DNA of 64,000 nucleotides from Wolbachia endosymbiont of Tyrophagus putrescentiae (GTDB lineage Bacteria; Pseudomonadota; Alphaproteobacteria; Rickettsiales; Anaplasmataceae): NCBI GenBank assembly GCA_030441635.1, contig JAUEMM010000001.1, positions 119,467 to 183,466 of the forward strand, read 5' to 3'. Shown piece by piece: positions 57,903 to 64,000 of this stretch (position 1 is its first letter; each line of letters starts with the position of its first letter). The notes under the pieces were generated by a model. It saw only the letters and a program-made list of their open reading frames with translations, ran no database searches and was not told where the DNA came from. The position numbers and the translations under genes were made by a program.

Positions 57903-58997
57903 ATGAGTTTTAACTGCGGTATAGTTGGGCTACCTAACGTTGGGAAGTCAACCTTGTTTAATGCACTTACGCAATCAAATTTGGCTGAAGCTGCAAATTA
58001 CCCTTTCTGTACAATAGAGCCAAATGTAGGCAAGGTTTCCATAAGAGATCAACGCCTAAGGCAGATTGCGTCACTTGCTGGTTCAGAGAAAGTTATCTAC
58101 AATCAGCTAGAGTTTGTGGATATTGCAGGTTTAGTAAAAGGTGCAAGTAAGGGAGAAGGTTTAGGCAATAAGTTTTTGAGTCACATAAGGGAAGTTGACG
58201 CTATTGTCCATCTGTTAAGGTGTTTTGTGGATGAAGACATTAACCACGTACACAACAAAATCGACCCAATACTAGATGCTGAGGTGGTTGAGATGGAGCT
58301 GATTTTAGCTGATATTGATAGTATAGAAAAAAGATTACCTCAAATGGAAAAGAAGGCGAAGCAGGGAGATAAGGAGCTAAAACAGCAATTGGATTTAGTG
58401 CAGGAAATATTAGCTGTGCTAAAATCAGGCAAACCTGCGAGAGGATTCAAAAATGCGAGCCCAGATGAAATGAAATCGTTGCAGTTATTAACCACAAAAC
58501 CGGTGATGTATGTTTGCAATGTTGAAGATGTGAATGTGGTAAGTGGTAACGCACTATCTGATACAGTAAAGAAAATGGCTGAAGAGAATGGAAGTAAATT
58601 CTACTGCATTTCAGCAAAGCTTGAAGCAGATATTGCAGACCTTGAAGGTGAAGAAGAGAGGAAGAGTTTTCTACAAGAATTTGGCTTACAGGAGTCAGGA
58701 TTAGATTCAATAGCGCGTATTATGTACGAGATTCTAAGTATGATAACTTTCTTTACTGTTGGTCCAAAGGAAGCGCGGGCATGGCCAGTAAAGCTAGGAT
58801 CAACCGCAGATCAAGCAGCAGGAGTGATCCACACTGACTTTGAGAAGGGTTTCATAAAGGCAGAAACGATAAGTTTTGAAGATTATATCAAATATGGAAG
58901 TGAATTGGCCTGCAAAGAAGCAGGGAAAATGCGTTTTGAAGGCCGAGATTATATTGTTCAGGATGGAGACATAATGCACTTTAGATTTAATGTGTAA
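57903..58997 (+). CDS. ychF: redox-regulated ATPase YchF
   Basis: CGIVGLPNVGKSTLFNALT, DIAGLVKGASKGEGLGN and a C-terminal TGS-like domain. Confidence 0.92.
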   Translation: MSFNCGIVGLPNVGKSTLFNALTQSNLAEAANYPFCTIEPNVGKVSIRDQRLRQIASLAGSEKVIYNQLEFVDIAGLVKGASKGEGLGNKFLSHIREVDAIVHLLRCFVDEDINHVHNKIDPILDAEVVEMELILADIDSIEKRLPQMEKKAKQGDKELKQQLDLVQEILAVLKSGKPARGFKNASPDEMKSLQLLTTKPVMYVCNVEDVNVVSGNALSDTVKKMAEENGSKFYCISAKLEADIADLEGEEERKSFLQEFGLQESGLDSIARIMYEILSMITFFTVGPKEARAWPVKLGSTADQAAGVIHTDFEKGFIKAETISFEDYIKYGSELACKEAGKMRFEGRDYIVQDGDIMHFRFNV

Positions 58998-59064
58998 GTG
59001 GCAATAAATTCTTTACAATATGCTTATCATAGTGTTAACTCATTGAAAGGTGGCGTAATATCTA

Positions 59065-60981
59065 ATGAGCGATTACTTATCACAGTTAAATCCAGAACAG
59101 CAGGCGGCTGTTACTAATGTAGATGGACCGATCTTAATACTTGCCGGAGCAGGAACAGGAAAAACTAGGACTATCACTTCAAGAATAGCACATATAATTA
59201 GTAATGGTTATTGCTCACCTGAGCAAATATTGGCAGTAACTTTTACGAACAAAGCTGCAAGTGAGATGGCATCAAGGGTAATGGAAATGACGGGTGTAAA
59301 TATACCATGGCTCGGAACATTTCATGCAATTGCAGCAAAGATTCTACGTCAGCATGCAGAAGTTTTAGGGTTAAACTCTAACTTTACAATTATCGGTGTT
59401 GATGATCAATTACAGGTGATAAAAAGTATTCTTAGTGAGACAAGCTTTTCGGAAAAATATAGTACCGTTTTAAATATTATTCAGCAGTGGAAAGAAAAAT
59501 GCTTGCTTCCATCTGAAGTCGAAGACATTCAATCATTTAAGTCGGTGTACGTAGTTGCATTGAAGGTTTATCATCAATATCAGGAGAGATTAAAATTTCT
59601 TAATTCTGTTGATTTTGGTGACTTGTTGTTATATAACGTGCAACTTTTTAATCAAAATAATGAGATTTTGGCCTATTACCAAAACAAGTTTAAGTACATC
59701 ATGGTAGATGAATATCAAGATACAAATGCAATACAATATCTTTGGCTTAAGTACCTTGCAAAGGAGCATTCAAATATCTGTTGTGTTGGAGATGATGATC
59801 AATCGATATACAGTTGGCGTGGTGCAGAAGTTGAGAATATTTTAAAATTTTCTGATGACTTTAAAGGAGCGAAAACTGTCAAGCTCGAATGCAATTATAG
59901 GTCAACATCTCATATACTTGCAACTGCGTCATATGTTATTAATTATAATAAAACTAGGTTGGGAAAAAAATTATGGACGACTAACGCTGAAGGTGAAAAG
60001 GTAGGCGTGGTAAGGTTATGGGATAGCAAAGCTGAAGCAAGATTTATAAGTGAGCAAATATTAAAACTTAGTCATTATAGATTTAGTGACATTGCAATAT
60101 TGGTGAGGGCCACATTTCAAACAAGAGTTTTAGAAGAATATTTTATTAAATATTCAATACCATACAAGATTATAAGTGGTATGAAATTCTATGAACGCCA
60201 GGAAGTAAAAGATATAATTGCGTATTTGAGACTCGTAGTAAACAATAATGACGATCTTGCTTTTGAGCGTATTATAAATCGGCCAAAAAGAAGTATAGGA
60301 GCTACAACTCTCAAAAAAATATATGTGATTGCTCAGGATCATAAAGTTTCTTTTTTTGAAGCAGCAAAAATATTAGTCAATGGAGACCAAATAACAGAAA
60401 GGATAAAGTCTTCACTAAATGGATTTTTGAGTAAAATTGAGCTTTGGCGAGAGGTAATAAAGAACCAAAAACTTTTTGAGTTTGTTGAAATTCTTGCAAA
60501 TCAATCAGGATATATTGAAATGCTAGAAGAGGAGGGTGTAACAGGTGCAGCGCGTATAGAGAATGTAAAGGAGCTTATTTCATCTTTAAAAAGTTTTGAT
60601 AATGCAACAATTTTCTTGGAACATATTAGCTTAGTTATGGATGTGGATAATATGAGTAATGATGATGCCGTATATGTTATGACTCTTCATGCAGCAAAAG
60701 GATTAGAATTTTCATGTGTGTTTTTACCAGGTTGGGAAGAGGGGCTGTTTCCTCACCAAAGGTCCTTTGAAGATAGAAGTGGCGGAGCTTTAGAAGAAGA
60801 GAGAAGACTTGCGTACGTGGGAATAACGAGAGCGAAGGAAAAGTTAATTATTTCATGTGCAGATAGAAGAGAAATCAACAATCAATGGCAACCGATGCGT
60901 ATTTCTCGATTTATAAAAGAATTACCTAGAGATAATGCTGAAGTAATCAAAAGTAACGTTGCTTATTTCCATGGTAGTTAA
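59065..60981 (+). CDS. uvrD: UvrD/Rep-family ATP-dependent DNA helicase
   Basis: LNPEQQAAV, AGAGTGKT (Walker A), VDEYQDTN, NYRS, and TLHAAKGLEF...VGITRA helicase motifs. Confidence 0.9.
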   Translation: MSDYLSQLNPEQQAAVTNVDGPILILAGAGTGKTRTITSRIAHIISNGYCSPEQILAVTFTNKAASEMASRVMEMTGVNIPWLGTFHAIAAKILRQHAEVLGLNSNFTIIGVDDQLQVIKSILSETSFSEKYSTVLNIIQQWKEKCLLPSEVEDIQSFKSVYVVALKVYHQYQERLKFLNSVDFGDLLLYNVQLFNQNNEILAYYQNKFKYIMVDEYQDTNAIQYLWLKYLAKEHSNICCVGDDDQSIYSWRGAEVENILKFSDDFKGAKTVKLECNYRSTSHILATASYVINYNKTRLGKKLWTTNAEGEKVGVVRLWDSKAEARFISEQILKLSHYRFSDIAILVRATFQTRVLEEYFIKYSIPYKIISGMKFYERQEVKDIIAYLRLVVNNNDDLAFERIINRPKRSIGATTLKKIYVIAQDHKVSFFEAAKILVNGDQITERIKSSLNGFLSKIELWREVIKNQKLFEFVEILANQSGYIEMLEEEGVTGAARIENVKELISSLKSFDNATIFLEHISLVMDVDNMSNDDAVYVMTLHAAKGLEFSCVFLPGWEEGLFPHQRSFEDRSGGALEEERRLAYVGITRAKEKLIISCADRREINNQWQPMRISRFIKELPRDNAEVIKSNVAYFHGS

Positions 60982-61550
60982 GAGCGAATATAGTCCGGAT
61001 CATTTAAATATAAAGCCTCTGCAGGATTTAACTTTTGTTTGTTTTTTAGTCTATGGAGAACCAATAATCCCGCATGGCTAGCAGAAAAATGGCAATCTTC
61101 GTGTGTATCTAGTTTATCTTTATTTAATACCTCGGGTTTTGATATTGGCAACAAGTGATGGTCAAATAGTTGTATATAAAATACTTTGTGGTCCTCAATT
61201 ACGCTTTGAATGTTTTCTTTATTGTAGTGAGGTGACGAAAATATTGCATATGCCTTAGCTTCTAGGGTGCTTACCCCGTATAATGGTTTGCCTGTAGCAA
61301 GACTCATACCTTGTGCAGCTGATATGCCTACCCTAATACCGGTGAAGCTTCCTGGCCCTACTACTACTGCTAAGTGGTCTATTTTATCATAATCATAATT
61401 GTGTTTTGCAAATAGAGTATCCAAAATTCTAAAGAATGATTCTGCATGGCTATTGCCTTCAGAGTTATGTTCTATCAAGTAACTACCGTCATAATTAACA
61501 ATAGCTATTGAACTGCCTGTACCTACAGTGTTAATTGCTAAGATCGACAT
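60978..61550 (-). CDS. tsaB: tRNA t6A37 biosynthesis protein TsaB (YeaZ)
   Basis: 190 aa. ILAINTVG... and VVVGPGSFTGIRVGISAAQG are typical of TsaB. Confidence 0.75.
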   Translation of the reverse strand: MSILAINTVGTGSSIAIVNYDGSYLIEHNSEGNSHAESFFRILDTLFAKHNYDYDKIDHLAVVVGPGSFTGIRVGISAAQGMSLATGKPLYGVSTLEAKAYAIFSSPHYNKENIQSVIEDHKVFYIQLFDHHLLPISKPEVLNKDKLDTHEDCHFSASHAGLLVLHRLKNKQKLNPAEALYLNDPDYIRS

Positions 61551-62677
61551 AATTTATTATAAAACTTTATAAATATCATAGTAAAAGCACCATTACCCAT
61601 TACATTTGCTGAAGTGATTACAGGATCAAACACTATGTATAATGCTGTAATTAATGAAAGCATTTCTGGAGAAAACTGAAGATATTTTTCTAGAATGGGC
61701 AGCATTACCATTATTCCACCCGCAGGGATTGCCACAATTGCAAATTTAAATAGTAAGAAGTAAAGAAGAAATGTAACGTAATCCATTGTATATAAAAAGG
61801 AACCAGATTTTATTATCAGGGATAATATAATAATAAAGAAACAGTCACCTACTAAGTGAAAACTAGCGGTGATTGGTATCACAGAAGACACGATGTCATG
61901 TTGTTTAACATTTTTTTTGCTGCCTTCTAAAGTGATAGGCATTGTTGCATTGCTAGACATTGTGCTCACTGCAGTGATAAAAGCTGGCATCATGTTTCCT
62001 ATGCTGGCCATCCAATTTTTAATTTGGAATGAATTTGCTGCTCCATATAACAGAAAAATGTAAAAATAAGATGCGGATGCTATTGCTATAAAAACAGTTG
62101 AGTAATTCTTAATTATTGTGGGTAGAAGTTGCTCATGTTCCATTTTTAGGGTAAGCCCTAACACAAATACCGGTATAATAGGTACTAAAAATTTCTTAAA
62201 GACAAAGGATGTTAAATCCAGCATTTTTTGTGCGAGTTCCTTACTTCTTTTCGGTAGAACTGTAGACATTATTAAACTAAATATAAATCCGTAAACTAAA
62301 GCCTGAAAGTTAGAAATCAGTGCAGGTAATTTAAATGGCCATAACATCTTTATGGTTTCTTCATGCTGTCCTATACTTTCTGCTGTATGGATATTACTTA
62401 CAATAAAGTGCCCTATAGAGTAAGCTAATAGGCTTGAAGCAAGGTTTGAAATGAAGATTGCTACGACAAGTAATGCTATGAATTTTATTACTGACTGCTT
62501 CAAACTATTAATGCTGTTAAAAATCAATGTAAATACAATAAAAGGCATTATGAATAGCAGAAGTTCTTTAATACTGAGACTCATTGAATATAGAAAAGAT
62601 TTGATCTCTACCGGTACTAAATAGCCAAAAAAAGCTACAGATACAATAGTAGTGAGCAAAATTAAAAATTGATGCAT
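61538..62677 (-). CDS. dicarboxylate/amino acid:cation symporter (DAACS)-like transporter
   Basis: 379-aa polytopic protein. STMSSNATMP and PAGGIMV segments resemble the reentrant-loop motifs of the sodium:dicarboxylate symporter family. Confidence 0.6.
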   Translation of the reverse strand: MHQFLILLTTIVSVAFFGYLVPVEIKSFLYSMSLSIKELLLFIMPFIVFTLIFNSINSLKQSVIKFIALLVVAIFISNLASSLLAYSIGHFIVSNIHTAESIGQHEETIKMLWPFKLPALISNFQALVYGFIFSLIMSTVLPKRSKELAQKMLDLTSFVFKKFLVPIIPVFVLGLTLKMEHEQLLPTIIKNYSTVFIAIASASYFYIFLLYGAANSFQIKNWMASIGNMMPAFITAVSTMSSNATMPITLEGSKKNVKQHDIVSSVIPITASFHLVGDCFFIIILSLIIKSGSFLYTMDYVTFLLYFLLFKFAIVAIPAGGIMVMLPILEKYLQFSPEMLSLITALYIVFDPVITSANVMGNGAFTMIFIKFYNKLCRS

Positions 62678-62801
62678 ACCTTATTACGCTAACTTATAAA
62701 AAAGATATAACAATGTAGTTGATTAGTAAAGTTAAATTTTATAGCTCAGTGGACAAACTATCTTTAAATTATTTATAATTTAAGTTACACTTTAGGCGTT
62801 T

Positions 62802-63671
62802 ATGGATAAAGCACATACTCCAGTTTTATTAGAAGAAATGTTAACGCTGTTATCACCACAAGATGGAGGTATATACGTGGACGCAACATTTGGGGCTGGA
62901 GGATATAGTAAAGCAATACTAGATGCTGCTAAATGTTCTATATATGCTATTGATAGAGATGAAACAGTTGCTCAGTACCTATGCCACGAATATCCTAATA
63001 GATTAAAGCTATTCATTGAGAAATTTAGCAACATAGAAAACGTACTGCATAGTAACAATGTTGAAGGTGTAGATGGGATTGTGTTTGATATAGGAGTTTC
63101 ATCTATGCAGATTGGCAATGGGGAGCGAGGCTTTTCATTTATGCATGATGGACCACTAAACATGAGTATGGATAATTCCTGCTCTATTAATGCTGCAACG
63201 TTTGTAAATAGTTTACGCGAAGAGGAAATTGCAAATACTATATACAATTACGGAGGAGAGCGATATTCTCGTAGAATTGCAAGGGCAATAGTGAATATAC
63301 GTAGGAAAAAGACTATTAAAACTACACTTGAACTTGCAGAGATTATTCGCTCTGTGGTTCCTCGTGGAAAATGCAAAATTGATCCTGCAACCAGGACGTT
63401 TCAAGCAATCAGAATTTGGGTAAATGATGAGTTAGGTGAGCTAGAAAAAGGTATTAAGGCTGCATCGAAATTATTAAACAAGAATGGTAAATTGATAGTT
63501 GTTTCTTTTCATTCTTTAGAAGACCGTATAGTAAAAAACTTTTTTAGAGATTTATGTGAAGAGGGATTTTCCTTTTTAAATAAAAAGGTAATCAAGGCAA
63601 GTGCAGAAGAAGTAAACAACAATCCGCGGTCACGCTCAGCAAAGTTAAGGGCTATACAGAAGATACTATGA
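62802..63671 (+). CDS. rsmH: 16S rRNA (cytosine1402-N4)-methyltransferase
   Basis: HTPVLLEEM, DATFGAGGYS, FDIGVSSMQ, SFHSLEDRIVK motifs. Confidence 0.92.
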   Translation: MDKAHTPVLLEEMLTLLSPQDGGIYVDATFGAGGYSKAILDAAKCSIYAIDRDETVAQYLCHEYPNRLKLFIEKFSNIENVLHSNNVEGVDGIVFDIGVSSMQIGNGERGFSFMHDGPLNMSMDNSCSINAATFVNSLREEEIANTIYNYGGERYSRRIARAIVNIRRKKTIKTTLELAEIIRSVVPRGKCKIDPATRTFQAIRIWVNDELGELEKGIKAASKLLNKNGKLIVVSFHSLEDRIVKNFFRDLCEEGFSFLNKKVIKASAEEVNNNPRSRSAKLRAIQKIL

Positions 63672-63949
63672 AAGTATTTTATATTATATCAGTATTAATA
63701 TTTTTTCTCAGCGTGATAGGGTTATTTAAGATAAAATTACATGTCCAACAGCTCAATAGGGAGTTGATCAAAATAAAAAATGAAATCAGTGTAGCGCAGA
63801 GAGACCTGAAGATTCTTCATGCAGAATGGAGTTATCTAAACAGTCCAAAAAGGCTTACACACTTTGCAAAAAAATACCTTAAAGATAGTTCTTTGGTATT
63901 AGCCAGACAAATTAAGCATATTAACTCTTATCAGATTGATAATAATTAG
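63668..63949 (+). CDS. ftsL: small bitopic cell-division protein (FtsL-like)
   Basis: 93 aa with one N-terminal TM helix followed by a coiled coil. It overlaps the rsmH stop, in the conserved mraW-ftsL position. Confidence 0.5.
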   Translation: MKVFYIISVLIFFLSVIGLFKIKLHVQQLNRELIKIKNEISVAQRDLKILHAEWSYLNSPKRLTHFAKKYLKDSSLVLARQIKHINSYQIDNN

Positions 63950-64000
63950 GCTTTATTAATGGAAAATTAATCATATTTTATGATAATTATATTATGTTAA

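Overview
AT-rich, gene-dense bacterial chromosome segment. Its gene content looks like an obligate intracellular Rickettsiales endosymbiont, probably Wolbachia-like. This is inferred from a split nuoJKLMN block, petB-petC, many ankyrin-repeat genes, an ISWpi1-like IS5-family element and Cif-like proteins; no database search was possible. Most of the window is conserved housekeeping: serS 3' end, purD, ppa, trhO, fmt, rplT, rpmI, rnhA, tmk, petBC, fbaB, nuoJ-N, fdxA, dprA, ribD, dgt, erpA, lolD, kefB, dnaJ, ychF, uvrD, tsaB, rsmH, ftsL, several transporters and four tRNAs. Three accessory patches interrupt it. (1) Downstream of tRNA-Ser(GCT) (about 2.3-7.9 kb) lies an overlapping two-gene module. 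Its downstream protein has two PD-(D/E)XK (DUF1703-type) nuclease cores, making the pair a cifA/cifB (cinA/cinB)-like candidate toxin-antidote pair. Next to it is a small leucine-rich-repeat gene split by an IS5-family insertion. (2) Downstream of tRNA-Val(GAC) (about 30.7-46.9 kb) lie a tandemly duplicated RDD-protein module, two large ankyrin genes with T/Q-rich repeats, a decayed ankyrin pseudogene and a seven-gene co-directional operon. The operon encodes KAS III-like, SDR, MBL-fold, F390-synthetase-like adenylating enzyme, ATP-grasp, a GNAT-like candidate and a Rieske oxygenase. I cannot assign it to any known pathway, and three of its seven genes carry inactivating lesions. (3) A stand-alone OTU-like cysteine protease gene (56.9-57.8 kb) has a eukaryotic-type bipartite NLS tail. 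All coordinates and motifs were read by eye from the sequence and ORF track; homology statements rest on motif recognition, not searches.
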